The notes under the pieces were generated by a model. It did not search any database. It was not told the origin of the DNA and saw nothing but the letters and a program-made list of their open reading frames with translations. The position numbers and the translations under genes are program-made. Of a stretch of DNA of 64,000 nt, positions 21,878-31,656 are shown one piece after another; positions within the stretch are counted from its first letter, which is position 1; each line of letters starts with the position of its first letter. Source of the stretch: Thermodesulfobacteriota bacterium (GTDB taxonomy: Bacteria > Desulfobacterota_D > UBA1144 > Nemesobacterales > JAJCZQ01); the NCBI GenBank assembly GCA_965203965.1, contig CBDBDR010000017.1, positions 576,001 through 640,000 on the forward strand, in the 5' to 3' direction.

Positions 21878-23140
21878 CTACTCTCTTACTTGCCCTTCAC
21901 CATAAACAACAAATTTTCTGGACGTCAGCTCTTCTACACCCATGGGTCCAAAAGCATGAAGTTTGGATGTGCTGATTCCTATTTCAGCTCCCAACCCCAA
22001 CTCAAATCCGTCATTAAATCTGGTGGAAGCATTTACTATTACGGCAGAAGAATTAACACGGCTCAAAAAATATTGAGAATTTTTATAGCTTTCCGTAACA
22101 ATTGAATCAGTGTGCATGGAACCGTATTTATGAATATGTATTATTGCATCTTCCATGCTCTCAACCACTTTCACATTCAGTATCAGGTCAAGATACTCTT
22201 CATAATAATTCTTTTCCTCGGCAGGAATGATTTCTTTTATTATTTTACGTGTTTCATCACACCCTTTGATTTCAACGTCGTGCTTTATTAACTCTCTGGC
22301 AACCAACGGCAAAAATCCCTTCGCTATATTTTTATGAACAAGAAGTGTCTCCATGGCGTTACAGACCCCGGGTCTTTGAACCTTAGAGTTCACTGCAATC
22401 CTGATTGCAAGCTCAACATCAGCACTCTCGTCCACAAACACGTGACATACCCCCTTGTAATGCTTCAGAACCGGTATCTTTGAATTTTCGGATACAAATC
22501 TGATCAAACCTTCACCTCCTCTGGGTATTATCAGGTCAATCAATTCATCCAGTTTCAACATATCAAGGATTGCATTCCTGTCCATTATGGGAACAATCTG
22601 CACACACCCTACAGGTATTCCAACTTCATCAAGAGCTTCATTTATTACTTGTCCAATGGCAAGATTTGAATTTATAGACTCGGAGCCGCCGCGAAGTATA
22701 ACGGAATTGCCTGCTTTCAGGCACAGTGCGGCTGCGTCAACAGTTACACTGGGTCTTGATTCGTAAATTATCCCAATCACACCAAGTGGTATTCGCATTT
22801 GTCCAACAACAAGACCATTAGGACGTTTCCAAGTTTTTATAATTTCCCCAACGGGATCATTAAGAGAGGCAATTTGCCTGAGTCCCTCCACCATGGAGTT
22901 AATTCTTTTATCACTCAAGATAAGTCTGTCCACAAGTGCATCACTTAGTCCCTTGCTTTTTGCCCCTTCTACGTCCAACTCGTTTTGAGATTTTATGACG
23001 CCTTTTTGACTGACAATTTTTTCTGCAATTAACAAGAGAGCCTGGTCTTTTAATCTGGTATCAATTGCAGAAAGAGCTAACGAAGACTGTTTGGCACTAA
23101 ATGCAATATTTTTAATCAATTCACGAGTATCAGAACTCAT
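21878..23140 (-). CDS. proA: glutamate-5-semialdehyde dehydrogenase
   Basis: PLGVIGIIYESRP, CNAMETLL, NASTRFNDG, GAEIGIST. Confidence 0.97.
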   Translation of the reverse strand: MSSDTRELIKNIAFSAKQSSLALSAIDTRLKDQALLLIAEKIVSQKGVIKSQNELDVEGAKSKGLSDALVDRLILSDKRINSMVEGLRQIASLNDPVGEIIKTWKRPNGLVVGQMRIPLGVIGIIYESRPSVTVDAAALCLKAGNSVILRGGSESINSNLAIGQVINEALDEVGIPVGCVQIVPIMDRNAILDMLKLDELIDLIIPRGGEGLIRFVSENSKIPVLKHYKGVCHVFVDESADVELAIRIAVNSKVQRPGVCNAMETLLVHKNIAKGFLPLVARELIKHDVEIKGCDETRKIIKEIIPAEEKNYYEEYLDLILNVKVVESMEDAIIHIHKYGSMHTDSIVTESYKNSQYFLSRVNSSAVIVNASTRFNDGFELGLGAEIGISTSKLHAFGPMGVEELTSRKFVVYGEGQVRE

Positions 23141-23196
23141 ATTATTTTCCCGACCCTCTCTTGAGAAAAATCAGACATAAACAATTCACCCGTTTT

Positions 23197-23796
23197 TCAG
23201 ACTGTTAGAATGTCTTTTTCTTCAAGATATTTAACTATCTGTCCCGTGCCTTCTTCAATACTAACTAAATCAGTCCGTATATTTATCTCGGGATCAAGTG
23301 GTTCTTCATAAGGGTCGTCAATACCCGTGAAGCCTTTTATAATTCCCTCACGAGCTTTTTTATACAGACCTTTAACGTCTCTTTTTTCACACTCTTCAAC
23401 TGGGCAATCCACAAATACTTCTATAAATTCTCCATCCTCCACCAATTCCCTTATTTTATCCCTGTCTGCCCTGTATGGCGAAACAAATGCGGAAAGAACA
23501 ATCATCCCCGCGTCCACAAACAGCCTTGAAACTTCACCTATTCGCCTGATATTTTCTTCCCTGTCTTCTGCTGAAAAACCGAGATCCTTACAAAGTCCCA
23601 TCCTGACGTTATCTCCATCCAGAATATAGGTTCTTACGTGTCGCTCAATCAACACTTTTTCAACTTCATTTGCAAGAGTTGATTTTCCGGAACTTGGAAG
23701 TCCAGTGAACCAAAGAATTGCAGAACCGTGCTTATTAAGTCTTCTTCTATCGCCTTTATGAATGTCATGATCATGAGGAATTACAAACCTTTCCAT
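23197..23796 (-). CDS. cysC: adenylyl-sulfate kinase
   Basis: WFTGLPSSGKST, LDGDNVR, RDVKGLY, FTGIDDPYE. Confidence 0.96.
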   Translation of the reverse strand: MERFVIPHDHDIHKGDRRRLNKHGSAILWFTGLPSSGKSTLANEVEKVLIERHVRTYILDGDNVRMGLCKDLGFSAEDREENIRRIGEVSRLFVDAGMIVLSAFVSPYRADRDKIRELVEDGEFIEVFVDCPVEECEKRDVKGLYKKAREGIIKGFTGIDDPYEEPLDPEINIRTDLVSIEEGTGQIVKYLEEKDILTV

Positions 23797-23954
23797 TGTG
23801 AGCCTCCTAAGTAGTAAGATGAGATTTGGTATTGTATCACAACTAATGAGTTATTAAATCACAATCTTTTACGATCAGTGGCTGTTTTAAGTGATATTGA
23901 CTTATTTTCTTTAAGCTGAACAATTACACCCCAAATTCAAATGGAGGAAGCCAG

Positions 23955-24368
23955 TTGGAAAGAACTTTATCTATCGTAAAACCGGATGGGACAAATAAAA
24001 ACATTGTAGGAGAAGTTATTGCACGTTATGAACAGAATGGATTAAGAGTTATCGCACTCAGAATGATAAAAATGTCCAAAAAGCAAGCTGAAGGTTTTTA
24101 CTATGTCCACCGTGAAAGACCGTTTTTTGAAAGCCTAACACAGTTCATGTCATCAGGAACAGCAGTTGTAATGGTCTTGGAAGGAGAGAATGCCATCTCA
24201 AAGGTAAGGGAAATTATGGGTGCAACCAATCCTGAGGAGGCAGCCGAGGGAACTATCAGAAAAGATTTTGCCACTAATATTGAGCAGAACACTGTTCACG
24301 GATCTGACTCACCAGAATCAGCCAAATATGAGATAAATTACTTTTTTAACTCTCTTGAGGTGTTTTGA
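23955..24368 (+). CDS. ndk: nucleoside-diphosphate kinase
   Basis: [22 protein letters not shown] start after GGAGG. Confidence 0.97.
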   Translation: MERTLSIVKPDGTNKNIVGEVIARYEQNGLRVIALRMIKMSKKQAEGFYYVHRERPFFESLTQFMSSGTAVVMVLEGENAISKVREIMGATNPEEAAEGTIRKDFATNIEQNTVHGSDSPESAKYEINYFFNSLEVF

Positions 24369-24630
24369 GGAAATAATGTCTTCTGTAAAACAGGTAACTT
24401 GTTAGCCCCATTATCTGAAATAATTTTTTCCAATCGCTCTCTTGAGCTATTACAATACTCCTTATTAGCCTCAAAACCTAAAAACCGCCTATTTAGTAGT
24501 CTTGCTGCCACTGCAGTAGTTCCACTACCCATAAATGGGTCAAGGACTATTTGCTTGATCTTAATACTTCTTTGATTGCCTCTTCTTTGGAAAAATTCAT
24601 AATTCATTCTCTCTCAGATGCAAAAAAATC
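24338..24630 (-). pseudogene. relic of a restriction-modification locus: C-terminal fragment of a beta-class DNA methyltransferase, possibly preceded by a restriction-enzyme tail
   Basis: IVLDPFMGSGTTAVAARLLNRRFLGFE (motif I) with no catalytic N-terminal half; another frame upstream reads FFASERE*IMNFSKEEAIKEVLRSSK. Confidence 0.75.
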
Positions 24631-24763
24631 AGGGGAGATAGTCAATTTATTATTGGATGGTTATAAACTTAGGCTTATTCAAAAGTTTTTTACTGCAAAT
24701 TTCACCGCAAAAAGTTAATTTGACGTAAAACACCCAGTCATCACTTTACACGTTATTATACAA

Positions 24764-25498
24764 CTACAGTATCGTTGCGTCATTTGTACCGCTAGTCCTT
24801 TCTAATAAATTTAAAGATATAAAACTGCTAATATCCACTTCTTCCACACAGGTACCTAATGTATCGGAGAAGATATTCAGAATAGTTTCAATACATTCTT
24901 CAATATCAATTTTTCTTTTTAACACCTTTTTAACGGATGTAACTCCTACACCCTCATAACCACATGGGTTTACAAGATCAAAGGTCTTGAGATCGTTATT
25001 TACATTTATAGCGATTCCGTGTTTTGTGCAACGTCTTTTAACATTGATACCGATGGAGGCTATCTTATTGTTGCCAATCCACAATCCAGGTTTGCCTCCC
25101 ACTCTGTGCGATCTAATCCCCAATCGCTTTAAAAATTCCATTACAACCTTTTCCAACAAAAAAACATAATCTTTTAATTTTAAGTTGAATTTTCCAATGT
25201 TAATTATTGGGTAAATAACGAGCTGTCCATGTTCATGGCAGGTAATATCACCTCCACGGTCGGAGCGATGCAAAGCAACCCCTAAACTTCCCAATTTTTC
25301 AGGGACGACTAAAAGATGGGAGCAGTCAGAATACCTTCCGAGTGTTATGATCGGTTCATGGTATAAAAAAAGCAGGAACCCTTCAAGATCAGTTTCTCCT
25401 TTGACCAGAAGGTTCTGAAGCTGATCTTGTATTTGAGTTGATATTTGATAGGGCTGAAATCCGAGATACTTAAAACCTATTCTTTTTATTTGCTTCAT
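24764..25498 (-). CDS. lipB: octanoyltransferase LipB
   Basis: HEPIITLGR, DRGGDITCH, KIASIG, HGIAINV, NPCG. Confidence 0.93.
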   Translation of the reverse strand: MKQIKRIGFKYLGFQPYQISTQIQDQLQNLLVKGETDLEGFLLFLYHEPIITLGRYSDCSHLLVVPEKLGSLGVALHRSDRGGDITCHEHGQLVIYPIINIGKFNLKLKDYVFLLEKVVMEFLKRLGIRSHRVGGKPGLWIGNNKIASIGINVKRRCTKHGIAINVNNDLKTFDLVNPCGYEGVGVTSVKKVLKRKIDIEECIETILNIFSDTLGTCVEEVDISSFISLNLLERTSGTNDATIL

Positions 25499-25559
25499 TT
25501 ACATTCAGTATTTAATTAAAATAGTTCGTGATTTTCTCTATTCTCTGAGAGTAAACAAT

Positions 25560-26522
25560 ATGAAAAAAAATAACAAAATATTTCCCGTAACACTATTTCA
25601 AGGCACACAGTCCCTTCTCATTGACAGGGAAATAGAAAAGATCAGAGAGATTGAATCCCTTAACTCTCCCGGACTTGATCATTTGACTTTTCATCTGGAC
25701 ACTGACTCAGTTGAGAAAGTAATTAGAGCTGCAAATACCGTTCCAATGTTTGGAGGTCGCAAATTACTGGTTGCCAGAAATGTTGAATCTCTGAATTCAA
25801 AAGAGGTTTCAAAGTTGAATGATTATATTAACACCCCTTCTCCTGACACACTGCTAGTTCTCGTTTCTGAGGGAACGACCAAGCCAAAATTGAAAAAAAA
25901 CAAGAACCTAACAACTGTGAACTTTAATAAGATCAATATGATTGAAAGCAAAATCCAAAAAGAGGCTGAAATACTCGGTGTTAACATTTCAAGGAGGGCG
26001 TGTATGGAAATACACAGGTTGGTAGGTGACGATTTTACCTTGATCAATAACGAGTTGCTTAAAATTTCAAGCTATTTCGGGAATGAAAAATTGATCGATG
26101 AAAAAGACATAGAAAATTTTATCCTGAAAAGAAAAGAGGAAGACGTCTTCAGTTTGGTAAATTCCATTTCCAACGGTCAACTTCAGTCTGCCGTCAAAAT
26201 TCTCAAAAACCTTGAGGATCAGAAATACGAACCTCTTTCAATAGTATCAACTCTGTCATGGCGTATCAGGCAAATCTGGCAGGTGAAAGAGCTTATCAGT
26301 TTGAATAAAAGTGATGATGAAATTATGAAAAAAATGAAAATCTCAAGTGGTGCAGTCTATTACATAAAAAAGCAGGCTGCAAACTTCAGCATTAAATCCC
26401 TTGCAGAAATTACGTCTAAACTGAAGAAAATTGATACTGAACTGAAGTCCTACAATCAAAATAAATACAACTTATTGAGTAGATTTATCGTAAACCTGTG
26501 TAGTGATAGAAGTGATAAATAG
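25560..26522 (+). CDS. holA: DNA polymerase III subunit delta
   Basis: TVPMFGGRKL, NELLK, VFSLVNS, IDTELK; convergent with rpsT as is common. Confidence 0.85.
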   Translation: MKKNNKIFPVTLFQGTQSLLIDREIEKIREIESLNSPGLDHLTFHLDTDSVEKVIRAANTVPMFGGRKLLVARNVESLNSKEVSKLNDYINTPSPDTLLVLVSEGTTKPKLKKNKNLTTVNFNKINMIESKIQKEAEILGVNISRRACMEIHRLVGDDFTLINNELLKISSYFGNEKLIDEKDIENFILKRKEEDVFSLVNSISNGQLQSAVKILKNLEDQKYEPLSIVSTLSWRIRQIWQVKELISLNKSDDEIMKKMKISSGAVYYIKKQAANFSIKSLAEITSKLKKIDTELKSYNQNKYNLLSRFIVNLCSDRSDK

Positions 26523-26524
26523 AA

Positions 26525-27337
26525 TTAGGATATTTTTTCCCAATTCTCGTTGACCCATTCCTTCAGTTTCAATTTCATTTCTTTAGAGATTGGGTAACTC
26601 TCAATTTTGCTGAGGATTTCTTCTGTTGTTATACCTTGCTCTTTGAATTTCTGGATGATCTTCTGATAAAGCTCATTAAAACCATATTTTGCTATCGCGG
26701 CAGAGATTATAGCTAACGCTACAAGGGAAAGAACTCCGCCAATCATTCCACCCAGACCAATTGCCACAAGAGCAGATATAATGGCAGCACCACCAGTATA
26801 GGCAGACATGTGCACCGCTATGAATAGGACGAGAGCTGGAACTCCGATCCCGGCAATAGTTTCAACTGCTTTATCAATACTAACTGAGTCTTTAAGCTTA
26901 TCTATCAGTTTTGCGACCTCTTTGTCTATCTTGTCTATGACTGCTTTGTCAATACTAACTGTGTCTTTAAGCTTATCCATCAGTATTGTGAGCTCTTTGT
27001 CTATTTTGTCTATGGCTGCTTTGTCAATACTAACTGCGTCTTTAAGTTTATCCACTATACTCATCTCTGCCGGCTGCAAGTCGTGAACTTTTTTTGATAG
27101 TCTAGAAATGTTTCTGGATGCATTCCTTTTATGAATAACGCCTTTGGTTGCAGCTTTGTCAAAAGCAGAGATAATGTCTTTCAACCGCTCACTGGCTTTA
27201 TCGGTATTTTTTTCTTCAATTAAAGAAAGTAATGACTTTGTTTTAGTTTTCAGAGTGGTTTTAACAAAGCTGTTTCTCTCTTTTCTTTTAATGCTCTGTC
27301 TTTGCTTTTTCTTTGCTGATGCTTTTCTTAAACCCAT
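26525..27337 (-). CDS. rpsT: 30S ribosomal protein S20 fused to a repeat linker and a hydrophobic C-terminal domain (270 aa)
   Basis: aa 1-88 are S20 (SAKK..RQ...RN, DKAATKGVIHKRNASRNISRL); no stop, frame continues for about 180 more aa. Confidence 0.88.
   Translation of the reverse strand: MGLRKASAKKKQRQSIKRKERNSFVKTTLKTKTKSLLSLIEEKNTDKASERLKDIISAFDKAATKGVIHKRNASRNISRLSKKVHDLQPAEMSIVDKLKDAVSIDKAAIDKIDKELTILMDKLKDTVSIDKAVIDKIDKEVAKLIDKLKDSVSIDKAVETIAGIGVPALVLFIAVHMSAYTGGAAIISALVAIGLGGMIGGVLSLVALAIISAAIAKYGFNELYQKIIQKFKEQGITTEEILSKIESYPISKEMKLKLKEWVNENWEKIS
26864..27052 (-). repeat. 75-bp (25-aa) tandem repeat, about 2.5 copies, inside the rpsT fusion
   Basis: DKLKDAVSIDKAAIDKIDKELTILM / DKLKDTVSIDKAVIDKIDKEVAKLI / DKLKDSVSIDKAV. 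Confidence 0.92.
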
Positions 27338-27479
27338 AATTTCTACATCGTCCTGAAAATTAGAGGTTAGTATTTACATTTATTACACATTTTGTCAAAT
27401 TATATTTACTAAAAAGGCAAAAAATAACGTAACAAATTAAGAATAGCAGTTAGTATTATAAATTTTAAAGGAGACCAAC

Positions 27480-28124
27480 ATGAAATTTTTTCTTGATTCT
27501 GCCAACATGAAAGAAATAAAAGATGCTGCCTCAAGCGGTATCCTTGATGGCGTAACAACTAACCCTTCACTTGTATCCAAAGAGGGAGACCAAAAGGAAT
27601 TTAAGAAACTAATAGTGGAGATTTGCGAAATTGTAAACGGACCCGTAAGTGCTGAAGTAATAAGCACAGAGTTTGACAAGATGGTAGAGGAAGCTGAAAT
27701 ACTTGCAGATCTTCATAAGCACGTGGTTGTAAAGATGCCTATGACCGAAGATGGAATAAGAGCAACAAAATTTGTATCAGATAAAGGAATTAAAGTTAAC
27801 GTAACTCTGGTATTCTCAACCACTCAGGCTTTGCTGGCTGCAAAGGCAGGTGCAAAATATGTAAGTCCCTTTGTTGGTCGTTTGGATGACGTGTCATCTT
27901 CGGGAATGGAACTTGTAGAAAACATTGTTACGGTTTATAACAACTATGACCTCAAAACCGAAATACTTGTCGCAAGTGTAAGGCATCCAATGCACTTAGC
28001 AGAATCTGCACTGCTGGGAGCTGACGTTGCAACTATGCCCTACAAGGTTTTCAAACAACTTTACAAGCACCCGCTAACTGACATCGGACTTGAAAAATTC
28101 CTTTTAGACTGGAAGAAAAAATAA
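27480..28124 (+). CDS. tal: transaldolase (small, FSA-like family)
   Basis: [35 protein letters not shown]; Phe in SPF favours transaldolase over FSA. Confidence 0.9.
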   Translation: MKFFLDSANMKEIKDAASSGILDGVTTNPSLVSKEGDQKEFKKLIVEICEIVNGPVSAEVISTEFDKMVEEAEILADLHKHVVVKMPMTEDGIRATKFVSDKGIKVNVTLVFSTTQALLAAKAGAKYVSPFVGRLDDVSSSGMELVENIVTVYNNYDLKTEILVASVRHPMHLAESALLGADVATMPYKVFKQLYKHPLTDIGLEKFLLDWKKK

Positions 28125-28159
28125 CTGATTGCTGAGCAACAGGTTTAGTTAAATACGTT

Positions 28160-29056
28160 TTAGTAATTTCTTTGCCCAAGATACTCTGCCAGATCTTGAA
28201 GGATACACGTGTCCCTATCTATGTTTTTCAAAGACAAAACAGCTTTATTTGTCAGCTCTTTAACTAACTTATTAGACTTATCACCTCTCTTAAAAACTGG
28301 CTTGTTCTTTTGAGTGTCCGAACCACTTGTTTTACCAGTAATCAGGACACTATTATCATCAATCAAATCATCTATGATCTGGTATGCCAAGCCAATACTT
28401 TGGGAATAATTCCGCAGAGTCTCTAGGTCGGAGATGCCTGCACCACCCACCAAAGCTCCTGAGATCACTGATGTTTCAATTAATGAGCCGGTTTTTAGGG
28501 AATGGATATGTTTTAATTCTTCAAACGTGGTTTCACCATTGTTTTCAACTTCCATATCCTTCAACTGTCCTTTCACCATTCCTTGTAAACCCGCTGCACG
28601 GGAAACATCGTCAATAATGTCCAGCAAGGTTTTATCCGCAATACCGGATAGCCTACCGTTTCTCACTATTAAATTGAACGCATCTGTAAGAAGTGCATCA
28701 CCTGCAAGTATAGCCGTAGCCTCACCATAAACTTTATGGTTTGTTGGCACTCCCCTTCTCAGGTCATCATCATCCATTGAGGGAAGGTCGTCATGGATAA
28801 ACGAATAGGTATGTATCATCTCTATTGCACAGGCAACGGGCAAGGCTCTTGAATAATCTTTGTCAAAAGTCTCACAAGCCGCAAGGCAGAGGATGGGTCT
28901 CAGTCTTTTACCACCGGCAAAAATACTGTGCCTTACTGATTTATCAAGGGTTGTCTGACCACTCCCATTTAGCGGGAAAATATTGTAAAGAGTTGAGTTA
29001 ACCAGTTCTTTTCTGTTGGAAATATAACTTTCAATGTTGCTGCACGTCATTCTCAT
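28160..29056 (-). CDS. ispA: polyprenyl (farnesyl) diphosphate synthase
   Basis: GGKRLRP, IHDDLPSMDDDDLRRG, QIIDD; follows xseB. Confidence 0.92.
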   Translation of the reverse strand: MRMTCSNIESYISNRKELVNSTLYNIFPLNGSGQTTLDKSVRHSIFAGGKRLRPILCLAACETFDKDYSRALPVACAIEMIHTYSFIHDDLPSMDDDDLRRGVPTNHKVYGEATAILAGDALLTDAFNLIVRNGRLSGIADKTLLDIIDDVSRAAGLQGMVKGQLKDMEVENNGETTFEELKHIHSLKTGSLIETSVISGALVGGAGISDLETLRNYSQSIGLAYQIIDDLIDDNSVLITGKTSGSDTQKNKPVFKRGDKSNKLVKELTNKAVLSLKNIDRDTCILQDLAEYLGQRNY

Positions 29057-29277
29057 TCCCGATCAGCGTTGAACTCTTTAAACTCCAAACTTCCGTTACT
29101 GTTTTCAATCAAAAGCGAGACTTTGCTTTTAAACTCTTCAAGCTGAGCGTGGCAATCTTTAATCAATTCAATTCCCGCTTCGAACTGTTCCAATGATTCA
29201 TCAAGCGGGATATTGCCCGTTTCCAACTCGCCAACAATTTTTTTTAATCCATCTAATTTCTCTTCAAATTTTTTCAT
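29053..29277 (-). CDS. xseB: exodeoxyribonuclease VII small subunit
   Basis: FEEKL..L..IV.ELE.G...LDESL..FE.G. Confidence 0.93.
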   Translation of the reverse strand: MKKFEEKLDGLKKIVGELETGNIPLDESLEQFEAGIELIKDCHAQLEEFKSKVSLLIENSNGSLEFKEFNADRE

Positions 29278-29328
29278 CTCAACTTGCTATTCTATACCCT
29301 CTAGATCATTAAACAAAAAATTACAAGA

Positions 29329-31161
29329 TCAAACGTCTATGATCTTTTTTTTGTTATCGCGTATAAATTCAAGATCAGTCTCGTTTGAAGCTGGGTCAAA
29401 GTCCACAAGTATTATTTCTCCCTCCTTACTCAAATTTATACCTTTCCTGTATATGAATATTTTATCTTCTTTCTTATTTTTATAGAGCAACGGAACAATA
29501 TGATCTTTGGCAAACAGGGAGTAAAGTTGATCAAGGTTGGAACTTTTATCTATTTGGACAGAGATAACTACGTAATTTTTACGCGAGATATTACTGTTTA
29601 TACTGAAAACATTCAGAGGTTTGCCAAAAGCCACGTTCAATTTCAGTCTTGAAACCGTTTCAATATCCGCCCTGCCCCTCTTTTTATTTATAACGGGTAA
29701 CACTTCCTCTATACCAAAATCTATCTTTGATAACTTGCTGACGAAAAGGTTTACCTTGTCACTTGTTGTCACCGCAATCATGCTTTGGGCGTTGTCAATA
29801 CCGGTTTTTTCCAGTTGACTTATATTGAGGCTATTACCTTCAATTGCTTCAAATCCTAGACTCCGGGCATTCTGGATAAGCACGTCGTTTGTATCTATAA
29901 AACATATATCTAAATTGTTCTTGACCAATAGTTTTCCCACGAGCCTCCCGAGGGCATTAGCCCCTACAATTACTATCTTTTTTGCATCCGCTTTTACACC
30001 GAGTAGCTTCGCAACGGGACCAGCTGTTAGTCCCTGAAATATCACTGTTATGGTAATGGTTAAAAATACAAGTCCCTGTATCAATTCACCACCTGCAAAC
30101 CCTTTGTTTTTCAGCTCTATACTAATTAGTGAAGCAATGGAGGCTGCAACAATACCCCTTGTAGATATGTAAGAGAGGAACATTTTCTCGTTTATCTTCA
30201 GACCGGATTTCATAGATGAGATAAAAACCGTCAAAGGTCTTACAACAAACATTAGAGCAATTACTACAAGAACTCCTTTGTAACCAAGTTCATACACATA
30301 TTCCAGGTTGACACTTGCGGTAAGCATTATAAACAGCAATGAAATAAATAAGATTGATATTTTGCCTTTGAATCTCTTTAATACCTGCTTGTTCGGAATA
30401 TCCATATTACCTACCACTATCCCCGAAACAACGGCAGCCATTAATCCGGATTCAATCAATAAAAGTTCCGACACGGCATAAACTCCGAGTGCAAAAGCCA
30501 GCACGAAAAAATCCTGGTTCTCATCGAGATAATTTGATAGATTATTTACAAGAAAACCAATCAGGTATCCCCCGATCAACCCTATGGCAACTCCAGACCC
30601 AAGTCTTAAAAATACAAAATTAATATCCATAAAGAATGACCCATGTGTTTGAAGAACAATCTCAAAAACAAAAATTGCTCCAATTACTCCAATTGGATCA
30701 ATGAATACACCTTCATGCTCAAGAATGTTCTTCAGATCTGATCTGACGTGGATCTTTCTCATCAGAGGCTGAATAACAGTGGGACCCGTGACAACTACAA
30801 GAGAGCCGAAGAGGAATGCCTGTTTCCAGTCAAGATCTATTATAAACCACGCGAAGAAAGCGGCACCAAGCATCGTGATAATTGCACCTACCGTAATGAG
30901 TGGCAAGATAATAAATCTGTGATTTTTTATCTCTTGTTTTTCTAGATTAAGCCCCGCTTCAAATAAAATTAACGCAACAAAAATCTTGATTAGAGTTTCA
31001 AATCCCTGACCAAACATTCCAGGATTAACAAGGTTAAGAAACTCCGGACCTAGTGCTACCCCCGATAATAGAAGAATAATAATACTCGGAATACCAAGCC
31101 AGATGGAGATGACCTGACACGTAACACCTGCAATAAGTGCTATAGAAACAGTTGTTAACAA
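29329..31161 (-). CDS. CPA1 cation:proton antiporter with C-terminal TrkA-N (RCK) domain
   Basis: Many TM helices, ILFEAGL, VTGPTV, EGVFIDP; IVIVGANALG Rossmann motif. Confidence 0.88.
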   Translation of the reverse strand: MLTTVSIALIAGVTCQVISIWLGIPSIIILLLSGVALGPEFLNLVNPGMFGQGFETLIKIFVALILFEAGLNLEKQEIKNHRFIILPLITVGAIITMLGAAFFAWFIIDLDWKQAFLFGSLVVVTGPTVIQPLMRKIHVRSDLKNILEHEGVFIDPIGVIGAIFVFEIVLQTHGSFFMDINFVFLRLGSGVAIGLIGGYLIGFLVNNLSNYLDENQDFFVLAFALGVYAVSELLLIESGLMAAVVSGIVVGNMDIPNKQVLKRFKGKISILFISLLFIMLTASVNLEYVYELGYKGVLVVIALMFVVRPLTVFISSMKSGLKINEKMFLSYISTRGIVAASIASLISIELKNKGFAGGELIQGLVFLTITITVIFQGLTAGPVAKLLGVKADAKKIVIVGANALGRLVGKLLVKNNLDICFIDTNDVLIQNARSLGFEAIEGNSLNISQLEKTGIDNAQSMIAVTTSDKVNLFVSKLSKIDFGIEEVLPVINKKRGRADIETVSRLKLNVAFGKPLNVFSINSNISRKNYVVISVQIDKSSNLDQLYSLFAKDHIVPLLYKNKKEDKIFIYRKGINLSKEGEIILVDFDPASNETDLEFIRDNKKKIIDV

Positions 31162-31312
31162 GAAAAACTCCTTGTATCAAATTTAGGAAAGTATAATAGT
31201 TTTTGAATCATTTTAACAATCTCAAAGATCTTACGTTCAGTGTTAATTGCTGTTATCAAACAACTCGATAATTGATATGTTGTGATTTTTAGGAAAAGTA
31301 TTAACTGAACTG

Positions 31313-31510
31313 ATGAAACCATTAAGCAAGCAAAAATGGGAAAAGATTAAAGAGACGGAAAACCTGCTGAATGATATTAGGGAAACACTTCAGGTGAACA
31401 CAGATCAGATCATTAACAAGATCAACAAACTCGTAAGCGAAAACGACAAGATGAAAAAGGAAATTGCCGAGTTGAGCAGCAAAGATAATAAAACACAATT
31501 CCCGAAATAA
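31313..31510 (+). CDS. small coiled-coil hypothetical protein (65 aa)
   Basis: AGGA upstream, amphipathic heptad pattern; loosely like the AlaRS C-terminal coiled coil. Confidence 0.5.
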   Translation: MKPLSKQKWEKIKETENLLNDIRETLQVNTDQIINKINKLVSENDKMKKEIAELSSKDNKTQFPK

Positions 31511-31656
31511 CTTTCTGTCTCATCAGTTCAGTGGGTTAATTTCACCTCAACCCCCAGATCAAGAGTAGCCCATGACCGGTTTGCGGTAAGCACTCTTGCC
31601 CGCCCGCTGATTGCAAGTAGCGCAGATCTGTCAAAAACAATCTTCATTCTATCAAT

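Noticed and set aside
31305..31535. Hammerhead ribozyme suggested by CTGATGA on both strands
   Set aside because: No properly closed stem II followed by GAAA and no convincing stems I and III
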